Source: Alkalispirochaeta sp.
GTDB taxonomy: Bacteria > Spirochaetota > Spirochaetia > DSM-27196 > Alkalispirochaetaceae
Reading direction: 5' to 3'
Length of the DNA: 64,000 bases
NCBI GenBank assembly: GCA_965242725.1
Contig: CBDESZ010000030.1
Span: 32,001 to 96,000 of the forward strand
The position numbers and the translations under genes are program-made. The notes under the pieces were generated by a model. The model saw only the letters and a program-made list of their open reading frames with translations, made no database searches and was not told the origin of the DNA. Below are positions 33,161 through 42,413 of the stretch, one piece after another; position 1 is the first letter of the stretch; every line of letters starts with the position of its first letter.

Positions 33161-33547
33161 TTAACGCTTGGAGAACTGGAACTTACGGCGCGCACCACGC
33201 TGCCCGTACTTCTTCCGTTCAACCATCCGGGGATCCCGAGTGAGAAATCCGTTCACTCGCAGCGCTTTCACGAGGGTATCGTCAAAGTCAACAAGTGCAC
33301 GGGCGACGCCGTGACGAATCGCTCCCGCCTGGCCGCTCTCGCCGCCTCCACGTACCGTGACAAGCACGTCAAAGTCGCCATCTTTTTCAAGGACGCTCAA
33401 CGGCTGTCGGGCGATAATACGATTCTCTTCCCGATGAAAATAGTCGCTCAACTCACGACCATTGATGGTCATCTTTCCGCTACCCGGCCGAAGATAAACG
33501 CGGGCTACCGACGTCTTCCGACGTCCCGTTCCGAGATACTGATCCAT
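33161..33547 (-). CDS. rpsI: 30S ribosomal protein S9
   Basis: [43 protein letters not shown]. Confidence 0.99.
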   Translation of the reverse strand: MDQYLGTGRRKTSVARVYLRPGSGKMTINGRELSDYFHREENRIIARQPLSVLEKDGDFDVLVTVRGGGESGQAGAIRHGVARALVDFDDTLVKALRVNGFLTRDPRMVERKKYGQRGARRKFQFSKR

Positions 33548-33550
33548 CCG

Positions 33551-33997
33551 TTACGCCTCCTTTACCTTCGGAAGAGTAACTTCTTCCGGCTTCTGTGCCG
33601 CATGGGGGTGTTCATTACCGGCATACACTTTCAAATTGGTGAACAGTTTCCGACCAAGACGGTTTCGCGGCAGCATACCCCGTACCGCGTGTTCAAGGGG
33701 ATACTCGGGTTTCCGTGCGATCATCTTCTCGAACGATTCCGATCGCAATGAGCCGAGATACCCGCTATGGCGGTAGTACGTCTTCTGCGTGGATTTGCGT
33801 CCGGTCACGACGACCTTGTCGGCGTTAATGATGATAACGTAATCACCCACTTCCTGATGCGGGGTGTACTCGGGCTTTTTCTTTCCCCGAAGCAGATCCG
33901 CCGCTTCCGTGGCGACACGACCGAGCCGTTGTCCGGCTGCGTCGATAACGTACCACTTACGTTCTATCTCTTTTGGTTTAACGAAAATTGTCTTCAT
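33551..33997 (-). CDS. rplM: 50S ribosomal protein L13
   Basis: [38 protein letters not shown]. Confidence 0.99.
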   Translation of the reverse strand: MKTIFVKPKEIERKWYVIDAAGQRLGRVATEAADLLRGKKKPEYTPHQEVGDYVIIINADKVVVTGRKSTQKTYYRHSGYLGSLRSESFEKMIARKPEYPLEHAVRGMLPRNRLGRKLFTNLKVYAGNEHPHAAQKPEEVTLPKVKEA

Positions 33998-34077
33998 AGT
34001 CATACTCAACCTGCGTAGCGAGGCGGTAATTTCTCATAGCGGCGGAGAAATGTCAAGATCCGCGTTCGTCGACGGCG

Positions 34078-34371
34078 TCAGTCCTCTTTTTTTTCCTCGC
34101 TTTTTGCCCCGCTCTGCTCCGATTTTTCCGCTTCTGCCGCAGCGCGAGCTTCTTCTTCCTCTTCCTTCTTGGCTTCTATCTTGTCCTTGATATCGGCGAT
34201 GCCGATCATGATGGCAATGAGCCCGATAAACACGGCGAGGAGAGGTATTCCCCCTGCCAGGACCACCTTCACCTGTTCCCACCAGTTAAGGAGAGCAAAC
34301 GGTAAACTCGCGGGGAGTATCGCGTAAACGGCAAAGAGAACAAAAACAATTCCGACAAGCAGTGCACCCAT
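34078..34371 (-). CDS. Small 2-TM membrane protein with charged C-terminal tail
   Basis: SD GGAGG; two hydrophobic helices, then IGIADIKDK and a K/E-rich tail. Confidence 0.8.
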   Translation of the reverse strand: MGALLVGIVFVLFAVYAILPASLPFALLNWWEQVKVVLAGGIPLLAVFIGLIAIMIGIADIKDKIEAKKEEEEEARAAAEAEKSEQSGAKSEEKKED

Positions 34372-34391
34372 GTGTTATTCCTCCATCCAAA

Positions 34392-34691
34392 TCATATACG
34401 TACATTTTTTATCATCGTGCTGATGCCTGCGATGATAAAAAGTAACGGAGTCGCCCGTAGAAGCATCCAGAACAGCGAAATACCGCCAATTTGGACGTCA
34501 ATGACCGAGATAATACCAAAGCGATGCAAAGTTTGGAAGGCCACATCGCCAAAACGAATTACCAATCCGATGATCAACAGCATCCACGCCGGTTCACGCG
34601 TCAATGACCAGAGCATGATTGCCGTAAATGCCACGACACCGGAGAGTACAAGATCAATAAGGAGTATACCCATATCACCGGGTCCAACCAT
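34392..34691 (-). CDS. Small 3-TM membrane protein
   Basis: AIMLWSLTREPAWM and three hydrophobic segments; operonic spacing. Confidence 0.75.
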   Translation of the reverse strand: MVGPGDMGILLIDLVLSGVVAFTAIMLWSLTREPAWMLLIIGLVIRFGDVAFQTLHRFGIISVIDVQIGGISLFWMLLRATPLLFIIAGISTMIKNVRI

Positions 34692-35475
34692 GACACATCC
34701 TTTCCCAGTTGCGCTGATCGGCCGAATTCATACCGTCCGGAATCACCAGTGGGGTCCAGGGGTCCGGCGGAAGAAGGATACCCAGGGTAAGGGCATCGTT
34801 TCTGTGTGATTCCCACTGCGTCGCATGGTCTCCGCTATTTCGGGCCGCAATATCCGGAAGAAACCACACTCCTTCCCGCCGGTACCCCGGCGGAACGGAG
34901 AGGCGCGCTGCCACATCTTCCCGCGCGTACCGTTCATCCCGCGACAGATACGCCGTCAGGGCGTGTGCCCCCTGGGTCAGCAGCGCAATCGCCGCAGCGG
35001 GCAGTCCTTCCACTACGGCGTTCCGGGGTACCACGACACCCGGTACCGGCAGCGTCACTTCGATCGCCGCGGGAACGGTCTCACCGCCGTGCGTGCCACC
35101 TGATGACGTTTCAAATGTCCCGGCGGGAAGCCACCGAAGGGAGCCCCCCTCCGGCACGGGTGAATACCTGCCGTTGATGAGGCGGATCTCATCGACCGGG
35201 AGCGCTGCGGCTCGGGAAAGCTCTCGGAGAGCTTTCCCGAGCCGCGCCTGCCACTGTGTGGGAAACGGCCCCCACAACCCGCGGTCGGTCTCTTCTTTCA
35301 CCAGCCGCCCGTATCCCCGAGGCCTGTGTCCGAGAAAGGCGGTACCGTCGGCCAGCCAGACATCGAGATACCGCTCGCCGGTCTGGTCATACAGATACCG
35401 CTCACGGGCTCGCCGAACGATTCGCCCCGGTGGCAATCGATATGTCCGTTGCGATGTATCCTGTCGTGAGACCAT
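34675..35475 (-). CDS. Shortened class-III PLP aminotransferase-like protein
   Basis: RARERYLYDQTGERYLD...LGH is the class-III N-terminal motif; 266 aa; no recognisable DEV or GK motifs. Confidence 0.6.
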   Translation of the reverse strand: MVSRQDTSQRTYRLPPGRIVRRARERYLYDQTGERYLDVWLADGTAFLGHRPRGYGRLVKEETDRGLWGPFPTQWQARLGKALRELSRAAALPVDEIRLINGRYSPVPEGGSLRWLPAGTFETSSGGTHGGETVPAAIEVTLPVPGVVVPRNAVVEGLPAAAIALLTQGAHALTAYLSRDERYAREDVAARLSVPPGYRREGVWFLPDIAARNSGDHATQWESHRNDALTLGILLPPDPWTPLVIPDGMNSADQRNWERMCHGWTR

Positions 35476-35477
35476 AC

Positions 35478-37742
35478 TCAGATATCTCCCATATAGTCGT
35501 CGCTCCCGGCGATTCGTTCCAGGGGTGTATACGCCGGAAGAAATTGCGCAGTCGCTCCCGTCTCAAAGCGAACCAGAACGACCGCTTCCGTTCCGGAGTA
35601 CCACGCCTTGGTGACGATGCCCTGACCGTAATTGTCATGGTATACAGCCGTACCCCGGGGAAAGGGATGGTCAACGTCTCCGGCACCCCGGCCTGCACGG
35701 AGTGCGGAAAGGGCCCGTCTCTGCGCATTGTGAGCGGATCCGTATCCCCCTGCTGAATCGGTTTCCACCGTCACGAGTTCCGGGGGAATTTCCGAGAGGA
35801 ACCGCGACGGAAGCAGGTCGGTCATACGGCCGTGGACACGGCGATACCGGCATGAGGTGAGGTGCAGATCGTGTTTTGCCCGGGTAATGGCGACATAAAA
35901 GAGACGTCTCTCCTCCTCAAGTTCCTCCGGGTCGTCGTCCCGGGGAAAGAGCGTCTCCTCCAGGCCGGTGATGACGACCCGGTCAAATTCGAGCCCCTTG
36001 GTATTATGCATGGTTATGAGAATAACCCTGGCGTCGGCGTTTTCCCCCTGTTCCCGGGCACTATCGAGTTCAATTCCTTCCAGGAACTCGCTCAACCCGG
36101 CGGCCGTTGCCGGATAGAGGGAGGCGGCATTCACGAGTTCTTCAAGGTTTTGTATTTTCTGCGTTCCGGAAACTTCGTCCTGTTCCTGATGATACCGGGC
36201 GAGTCCGCTCCTATCCAGCATCTCCTCAACGATTGCGGCCAATCCGGACGGCGCGTTTTCTTCCTCTTCGTCGGCATCTGACTCCGGAACCGTCGGGGAC
36301 TCAGTCTCATCTGGAATTTCAGCGTCGGAATCGCCTGGCGCCATACCCATGCCGTTCCGTATGGATTCGACCGTCTTCAGAAACTCGGCAAGTGCTGCGG
36401 CCGCCTTCTTTGAAAGTCGGGGAATCGCGTAGTCCGCGGCGGCGGAGAGGTCGCCCCGTGCGGCGGCAAGATTGGCAAGAATTGTCTCCAGGCCCTTATT
36501 CCCGATACCCCGGGCCGGTTTGTTCACAATTCGTCTGAAACTGACTTCATCGCGGGGGTTTGCAAGAAACTTGAGGAATGCAACCGCATCTTTCACTTCC
36601 TCCCGATCGTAAAACCGAACCGCACCGATAATGCGATAAGGGATTCCCTCCCGCAACAGCGCCGTTTCAAAGGGGCGGGACTGGGCGTTGGTGCGGTAGA
36701 GGACGGCTATCTCCCCCTCCCGTCCCCGTCGTTCGTCCTCACGGACAAGTTGTATGACGTAGTCGACCTCGCTTTCGTGGTCCTCCAGGAGGACAAGGCG
36801 GGGCCGCTCACCGTCACGGCGATCGGTGAAGAGCGTCTTTCCCAGACGTCCGGCGTTGTTGGCCACCACGGCGCCGGCGAGATCGAGAATGGGCGCCGTG
36901 GAGCGATAGTTCTGCTCAAGCCTGACCACATGGGTATGGGGAAATGTCTCGGGAAAGGTCAGAATATTCTGCACTTCCGCACCGCGAAACCGATAAATCG
37001 ACTGGTCGTCGTCGCCCACGACACATACAAAGGATTCGGGATCGCTCAGTCCGTGCAGGAGCCGGTACTGGGCGACATTGGAGTCCTGATATTCATCGAC
37101 CAGAATGTAGCGAAAGCGGCTCCTGATCCGATCGGCTACAGGCGAGTCCGACTCAAGAAGCTGTACCGGTTTCATGATGAGGTCGCCGAAATCGACATTC
37201 CCGATCTCCTCCAGGCGACTCTGATACTTGCGGTACACCTCCACAAGTTCGGGGTCGTGACTGATTTCCGACAGATCGTCGTCCGGTCCGAGGCAGTAGT
37301 CTTTCGCCCTGCTGATGAGATGATAAAAGCGGGCCATCACCGCACGTTTCTGTTCGGGGTATAAGGACCGCAGCAGCGTTATCGAGTCGTCATCGTCGTA
37401 TATTGAAAATCCCCGGGGTAACCCCATCAGTGAGGCGTTTCGCCTCAGCAGCCACGCCCCGAAGGAGTGGAAGGTGCGAATCGTGACATCCGAGGCGTGT
37501 TCGACGAGTGCCGCCGCGCGCTCCCGCATCTCTCCCGCCGCCTTGTTTGTAAATGTGACGGCAAGTATGGAGCGGGGATCCACTCCCATTTCGCCTATGA
37601 GATAGGCGATCTTGACGGTTACGACCCGCGTCTTGCCGCTGCCGGCTCCTGCAAGTATCAACAGCGGTCCCGACTGATAGAGAACCGCCTCCCGCTGTGC
37701 GGGATTGAGCCCGGTAAACGCTTCCTGAAGCTCAGGCGTCAC
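35478..37742 (-). CDS. pcrA: ATP-dependent DNA helicase PcrA/UvrD
   Basis: AGAGSGKT, TFTNKAA, DEYQD, GDDDQSIY, LEQNYRS, LYRTNAQSR, KGLEF, EEERRLFYVAITRA. Confidence 0.97.
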   Translation of the reverse strand: MTPELQEAFTGLNPAQREAVLYQSGPLLILAGAGSGKTRVVTVKIAYLIGEMGVDPRSILAVTFTNKAAGEMRERAAALVEHASDVTIRTFHSFGAWLLRRNASLMGLPRGFSIYDDDDSITLLRSLYPEQKRAVMARFYHLISRAKDYCLGPDDDLSEISHDPELVEVYRKYQSRLEEIGNVDFGDLIMKPVQLLESDSPVADRIRSRFRYILVDEYQDSNVAQYRLLHGLSDPESFVCVVGDDDQSIYRFRGAEVQNILTFPETFPHTHVVRLEQNYRSTAPILDLAGAVVANNAGRLGKTLFTDRRDGERPRLVLLEDHESEVDYVIQLVREDERRGREGEIAVLYRTNAQSRPFETALLREGIPYRIIGAVRFYDREEVKDAVAFLKFLANPRDEVSFRRIVNKPARGIGNKGLETILANLAAARGDLSAAADYAIPRLSKKAAAALAEFLKTVESIRNGMGMAPGDSDAEIPDETESPTVPESDADEEEENAPSGLAAIVEEMLDRSGLARYHQEQDEVSGTQKIQNLEELVNAASLYPATAAGLSEFLEGIELDSAREQGENADARVILITMHNTKGLEFDRVVITGLEETLFPRDDDPEELEEERRLFYVAITRAKHDLHLTSCRYRRVHGRMTDLLPSRFLSEIPPELVTVETDSAGGYGSAHNAQRRALSALRAGRGAGDVDHPFPRGTAVYHDNYGQGIVTKAWYSGTEAVVLVRFETGATAQFLPAYTPLERIAGSDDYMGDI

Positions 37743-38577
37743 CGCCGGCTGCTCCTTTTAGGTCACCCTCCGCCTCGACGGGTTTCCCATCCGCACGATT
37801 CTCTTCGTCACGAGTCTCCTCGTCACGAGTCTCCTCGTCACGAGTCTCCTCGTCACGATTCTCTTTGTCGGGATGCGCTCCCACAACGGCGCCCTTCCCC
37901 GATCCTGCGGCGTATGCCGTCTCTTCCAGCCAGTCCCGGAACGCCGTCATCTTTTCTGCGACGGTACCGACCCTGGGAATCACAAAAAGATACGCCCGTT
38001 CCTCCTGGGGAATGACCGCGGCGTGACGAATCGTTCCGGCATCTCCGAGGCGATTCATAAGGTTTTCCATCCACTTCCGTGACCGTTCCGATGTGGTGTA
38101 GAGGTGGAAGCGCCGAGTCCCCCACGTCACCTCTTCCTTCCGTAACGCTGCGGCGTTTTCAATCCGGTTACCCATCATTCGCTCAAAGCGCGGCTCCACG
38201 AGATGTGCTTCCTCGTTTATTGCCTTGCCCCTCTTACTGTAAAAAAAGAAGGTTTGCATACGGTCAAAGCGGCGCGTCAGCAGCGATACCGGCAGGTAAA
38301 GAAGGCTCTGCCGGGGAAGGATCGTCAACGTCGCGTCGATGCGTCGAATCGATCGCATGTTTCCGGGAACGATATTTGCGTGATACCCCGTCTGACCGCC
38401 GATATTGGTGAATTGCTGATCCTTCGCTTTAAAGACCTGCAGGAGCGGATCGAGGGCGTCCATGACGACGCGCCGATTGTATTTGCGGCCAAAGAGATAG
38501 CCGAAGGTCAATAAAAGGGAAAAGGCGATCAGAAAGTAGAACGCCGGTGTATAGACGAGATTTTCATACTGAAACAT
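37732..38577 (-). CDS. Single-pass membrane protein, paralogue of 41699..42349 (CCDC47/DUF1682-like by eye)
   Basis: N-terminal TM followed by YLFGRKYNRR; LTILPRQSLLYLP motif; SD AGGAG. Confidence 0.8.
   Translation of the reverse strand: MFQYENLVYTPAFYFLIAFSLLLTFGYLFGRKYNRRVVMDALDPLLQVFKAKDQQFTNIGGQTGYHANIVPGNMRSIRRIDATLTILPRQSLLYLPVSLLTRRFDRMQTFFFYSKRGKAINEEAHLVEPRFERMMGNRIENAAALRKEEVTWGTRRFHLYTTSERSRKWMENLMNRLGDAGTIRHAAVIPQEERAYLFVIPRVGTVAEKMTAFRDWLEETAYAAGSGKGAVVGAHPDKENRDEETRDEETRDEETRDEENRADGKPVEAEGDLKGAAGGDA
37790..37864. repeat. 15-bp coding tandem repeat (three exact plus two degenerate copies) encoding (DEETR)n
   Basis: TCGTCACGAGTCTCC at 37805, 37820 and 37835; variants at 37790 and 37850. 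Confidence 0.95.
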
Positions 38578-38586
38578 CGGTTCTCC

Positions 38587-39510
38587 TCACGGAAACAAAG
38601 TGGTCAGGTCGTATCCTATTTCATAGGACTTTTCCCGTCGATAGGGTTCCCAGGGAATGCGGGCAAGGACGGGACGCTGTTCCATACCGTTGAAGAGCTC
38701 AGCCTCCATTTCATCGGCAATTTCTTGCAGTCCCGACGTGTACTTGTTGTTCAGCGCAACATCCACACCGATTTTCAGATCGCTCAGCCCGGTAAAAATC
38801 CGCTGGCTTTCCCGGAGACTCAGGTAATCGGGGTTGAATACGACGGCGACGCGGCTGTTCGGTCCTTCCAGGTGCTGGGCTACCGCCACGTACCGGTCAA
38901 ACAGCTCCTTCAACTTTTTCATGACCGAGTCGTCGGCCTCGTCGTAGACGAGCTTCTCCCCCTCTTCCTTGAAGACACCGGTAATGGAGTGCACCGTATG
39001 GCGTTTATCCAGAATATCCCGGCGGATGCGTCGCAGCCGATCGATCCAGGTTATGGTAATCCGCGGAAGCGCCAGAATTCGCAGAGTCAGACCGGTGGGT
39101 GGCGTATCGACAATCACCACGTCATAGTCGTCGGACGTCCTGAGCATCTTTTCCATTGTCGTCAGTGCGGCATACTCTTCAACCCCGGGCGAATACCGGA
39201 GCACCTTGAAGTAGCGATCAAGATTGAACGCCTTGGTGTAGCTGTAGACTTCGGTGAGAATATCGGTATTGCTCTGAATATACTCCTGCGCCGCCTGGTC
39301 GAGGTCCGCCTCCTGGAGGTCCAGATTCTCGGAAAAGCGCTTCCGCTTGTGAGTGAGCGTCATGCCGAAAATATCGCCCAGATTGTGGGCGGGATCAAAG
39401 GAAATGGCGAGCACTTTTTTACCCTGTCGGGAGAGCTGCCACGCCGTCGCGGCGGACATGGTGGATTTCCCGACGCCGCCTTTACCCGTAAAAAATATCG
39501 TGTTTATCAC
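38587..39510 (-). CDS. GET3/ArsA-family SIMIBI ATPase, single domain, no cysteines
   Basis: GKGGVGKST, DPAHNL, PGVEE, DTPPTG, NNK; GTG start at 39510 after AAGGAA. Confidence 0.92.
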   Translation of the reverse strand: MINTIFFTGKGGVGKSTMSAATAWQLSRQGKKVLAISFDPAHNLGDIFGMTLTHKRKRFSENLDLQEADLDQAAQEYIQSNTDILTEVYSYTKAFNLDRYFKVLRYSPGVEEYAALTTMEKMLRTSDDYDVVIVDTPPTGLTLRILALPRITITWIDRLRRIRRDILDKRHTVHSITGVFKEEGEKLVYDEADDSVMKKLKELFDRYVAVAQHLEGPNSRVAVVFNPDYLSLRESQRIFTGLSDLKIGVDVALNNKYTSGLQEIADEMEAELFNGMEQRPVLARIPWEPYRREKSYEIGYDLTTLFP

Positions 39511-39529
39511 AATTATTCCTTTCTTCCGC

Positions 39530-39820
39530 CTACGCGTCGGCGTCAAGAGTTCCCATTATTTCGGCCAGGGCGTCGGAGGCGCTCTCCGCACGCCGGTTGA
39601 GTACCTTGATCTCCCGCTCGAGATAGGGGAGAAGTTCCACGGCGATAAAAGAGGGCGGTGACGGCATCCCGGTAAAGGAGCCGAGCAGCAACAGGACAAA
39701 CATGTTCTCCAGTTCCCGGGCTTCATAATTGGTGAGGGCGACAACCCGCTCCCGGTGTGCCTGGTCTATGCCCCGTACCAACGCCCGGACCAATCGAAAA
39801 AAGCGTCGGATCAAATTCAT
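39530..39820 (-). CDS. Small CstA/ArsA-associated protein (cory-CC-star-like, lacking the terminal Cys-Cys)
   Basis: ARELENMFVLLLLGSFTGMPSPP..VELLPYL core; located between cstA and the ATPase. Confidence 0.75.
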   Translation of the reverse strand: MNLIRRFFRLVRALVRGIDQAHRERVVALTNYEARELENMFVLLLLGSFTGMPSPPSFIAVELLPYLEREIKVLNRRAESASDALAEIMGTLDADA

Positions 39821-39943
39821 GGCTGGATCCTTCCCTGTGTGGATAAAAATAGGGCATCGGTTCCGTCCGGCAATGATCCGGATGACGCCGATGCCCGGAG
39901 GGACTCCCGGCCGGCTCGCATCGCCGCACCGGGAGTAATGCTT

Positions 39944-41671
39944 CTACGCTTCTGAAGTCTCGGCGTAGGGGTTATTGCGGGTCTTCACGAAGTCTATGAT
40001 GAAGACGACGTTCAACACGAGCATAACCGCTTCAATGATGAATACAACAGTGTTGGTCAGCGCATTATTCTGAATAGCCGGCAGCACAACGACAAACATG
40101 TGCCAGATGATGGCGGCGGTAACGGTGATCCATAGGAGATACGCCGGAATAAGTGCCATCGTCGCATTGCTCTTCAGCCGTTTGGTGACCCATGCCGTTC
40201 CGGTAAGAAGGGCGATGGAGGCGATCAGCTGGTTACCGGCGCCAAAGCTGGGCCAGAGAATGCTGAAGGCGCCGCTGTAGCCGAGGTACACACCAATGGC
40301 TGCGGGAATAATCGACGCGGTCCAGCGGTTGGAGAGGAAATTGTACGCAGCGTCGGCGCGTCCCTTCAGGGGCAGCGCGATCTCCGCCAGGGTGTACCGG
40401 GCGAGACGATTGGTAGTATCCAGGGTAGTCATGGCAAACCCTGCGACCCACATACCCGCGACGAGCTTCACAAACTCGGTCGGGATAAAGCGCAGCCACG
40501 TATCGGCAACCATCGCGGCGTAGGAGTTGGTGAACATGGAAGCCCCACCAAGACCGGCGGCGGCGCTGGCAGGAGTGTACATGTCACCCCAGTTAGCGGC
40601 GGTGATTTCCTGGCCCGCACCCTGCATGAGACCGAGACCGTAACCGGCAACGGCGACAACGACGATGGTGGAAAGGAACCCTTCAACGAGCATACCGCCG
40701 TATCCGATGACGAGACCGGAGGTCTCCTTGGAAATCTGCTTACTTGTCGTCCCTGACCCGACCAGGGCGTGGAACCCGCTCAGGCTTCCGCAGGCGATGA
40801 TCAGCGGAATGACCGGCCAGAAGGGACTCGGCTTGCCGCCGGAAACGATCGGCGCAAAGCGGGTAAACGCGGGAGCGGAGAAACCGGTGAAGCTTGACAG
40901 TGCGGCTACACCACCAAGAATGAGACCGATGTACAGCAGGTAGCTGTTCAGGTAGTCCCGGGGCTGGAGAAGCACGTTCACCGGAATCGCCGCGGCGATG
41001 ATGATGTAGGCAAACATGATGAAGAACCACGCTTCCCGGCTGGCGACGATGGGCATCTTGTCGGCGAGGTAGATGGTGAGCAGCAGCATCACCAGACCGA
41101 TCGCCGAGGCGAGTGCGAAATTCATCTTCACCCGGTAAATGAGCACACCCAGAATGAGGGCGGCAACGAGGAGGAGGACGAAGTTCGTCGGAATCGCGGG
41201 ATTGTTCAGGAAGAGTCCGCCGATAACCGCGGAGAACGCACCGACGATGAGGATGAGAATCATGAAGACGAGCCAGTAAAAGAGCTTGCCCGTACGCTTC
41301 GTGATCAGGTCGGAGGCGACAAATTGAATCGACTTGCCGTCGTATCGGACGGAAGCCATGATCGCCAGATAATCGTGGACGGCGCCGATAAAAATGTTAC
41401 CGAACCATATCCACGCCAGAGAGGGTAACCATCCCCATGCCATGGCGATAACGGGACCCACGATAGGTGCGGCACCCGCCACGGATGCAAAATGGTGACC
41501 AAACAGTACCGGAGTCTTGGCCGGGATGTAATCAACCCCGTCAAACAACCGGCTGGCCGGAGTTTCGATCTTGTCGTCCGCCTTGACTACACTGGTCTCC
41601 AGCTTCTTTCCGTACAGAAAGTAGAGCGCAATGTACACCACGACGGCGACAACAACAATTATTGAGGACAT
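39944..41671 (-). CDS. cstA: Carbon starvation CstA-family transporter
   Basis: TPA...DGVDY, FGHHFASVAGAAPIVGP, GAVHDY, QPRDY, IACGSLSGFH, TTLDT.NR, WPSFGAGNQL. Confidence 0.96.
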   Translation of the reverse strand: MSSIIVVVAVVVYIALYFLYGKKLETSVVKADDKIETPASRLFDGVDYIPAKTPVLFGHHFASVAGAAPIVGPVIAMAWGWLPSLAWIWFGNIFIGAVHDYLAIMASVRYDGKSIQFVASDLITKRTGKLFYWLVFMILILIVGAFSAVIGGLFLNNPAIPTNFVLLLVAALILGVLIYRVKMNFALASAIGLVMLLLTIYLADKMPIVASREAWFFIMFAYIIIAAAIPVNVLLQPRDYLNSYLLYIGLILGGVAALSSFTGFSAPAFTRFAPIVSGGKPSPFWPVIPLIIACGSLSGFHALVGSGTTSKQISKETSGLVIGYGGMLVEGFLSTIVVVAVAGYGLGLMQGAGQEITAANWGDMYTPASAAAGLGGASMFTNSYAAMVADTWLRFIPTEFVKLVAGMWVAGFAMTTLDTTNRLARYTLAEIALPLKGRADAAYNFLSNRWTASIIPAAIGVYLGYSGAFSILWPSFGAGNQLIASIALLTGTAWVTKRLKSNATMALIPAYLLWITVTAAIIWHMFVVVLPAIQNNALTNTVVFIIEAVMLVLNVVFIIDFVKTRNNPYAETSEA

Positions 41672-41698
41672 ATAACCTCCTGAAAGAGTAGGTGTGGT

Positions 41699-42349
41699 TT
41701 AACCTAGCGTACCCCCCCTTTCTGCTCCGGTCAAGAAAAAAACAATCGAGTCCACCCGTTCCAGGTCCAATTTTGTCAAATCCGGATGAGGTGTCAGAAA
41801 AAACGTCACAATATGTTTGCGGGAATCCAGAGTAATTTGGTTGAGATTTTTGATAGAACTGATATTCGGCACGATCGAACGCAAGCGTTCCGCGATGATC
41901 GGATTGAAATAGTAGAGATTGTAGACCGCTCCATTCTGCTCTACCACCTCCTCCTGCCAGTCGTCGTCATGTTCCACGGCGGACCAGCGGGAAACCTGAC
42001 AACTGGTGTGCACGAGCGTTCCCACGCCCGGAGGGAGCATATCGGCGCAGTGATAGGTAAGTTTCAGCAGGTCCTGTCTGCCGATCATACGGGCGATCGG
42101 CAGGTACAGGGGCGCATACCGGGGCAGCAGCGTCAGGACGCCTTCCACCAGTTCTATCGGTCCGGCAAGATGGTACTCAAAGCCGTACCCCAGGTCCCGG
42201 CCGAGGGTCGCATACTCCGCGGACACCGGCGCAAAATGTTCTTCAAGCATGGAAATGTGGCGGCGGGCCCTGAGCTGATTGCGCCGACGGCCCATACCCA
42301 CCCCAATGACGAGGGCAATTGTGAACACGATAAGTATTGAGAATCCCAC
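41699..42349 (-). CDS. Single-pass membrane protein, paralogue of 37732..38577
   Basis: N-terminal TM followed by GRRRNQLRA; LTLLPRYAPLYLPIARMIGRQD motif. Confidence 0.8.
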   Translation of the reverse strand: MGFSILIVFTIALVIGVGMGRRRNQLRARRHISMLEEHFAPVSAEYATLGRDLGYGFEYHLAGPIELVEGVLTLLPRYAPLYLPIARMIGRQDLLKLTYHCADMLPPGVGTLVHTSCQVSRWSAVEHDDDWQEEVVEQNGAVYNLYYFNPIIAERLRSIVPNISSIKNLNQITLDSRKHIVTFFLTPHPDLTKLDLERVDSIVFFLTGAERGGTLG

Positions 42350-42413
42350 TGAACCATCCTACACCCGATCAAATAGCTTGACACGATGAATGATGCGACC
42401 CATTCTCAAAAAA

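Noticed and set aside
37790..37864. Tandem repeat as CRISPR or regulatory array
   Set aside because: No spacers; in-frame coding repeat
38587..39510. Arsenite-pump ArsA belonging to the ars system
   Set aside because: Single domain, no cysteines, not linked to arsD/arsB/acr3; sits in the cstA cluster
39852..39896. Hairpin GGGCATCGG...CCGATGCCC between cstA and the small gene as a terminator or riboswitch
   Set aside because: No clear U-tract directly after the stem on the coding strand and no recognisable aptamer; at most an mRNA-stability element
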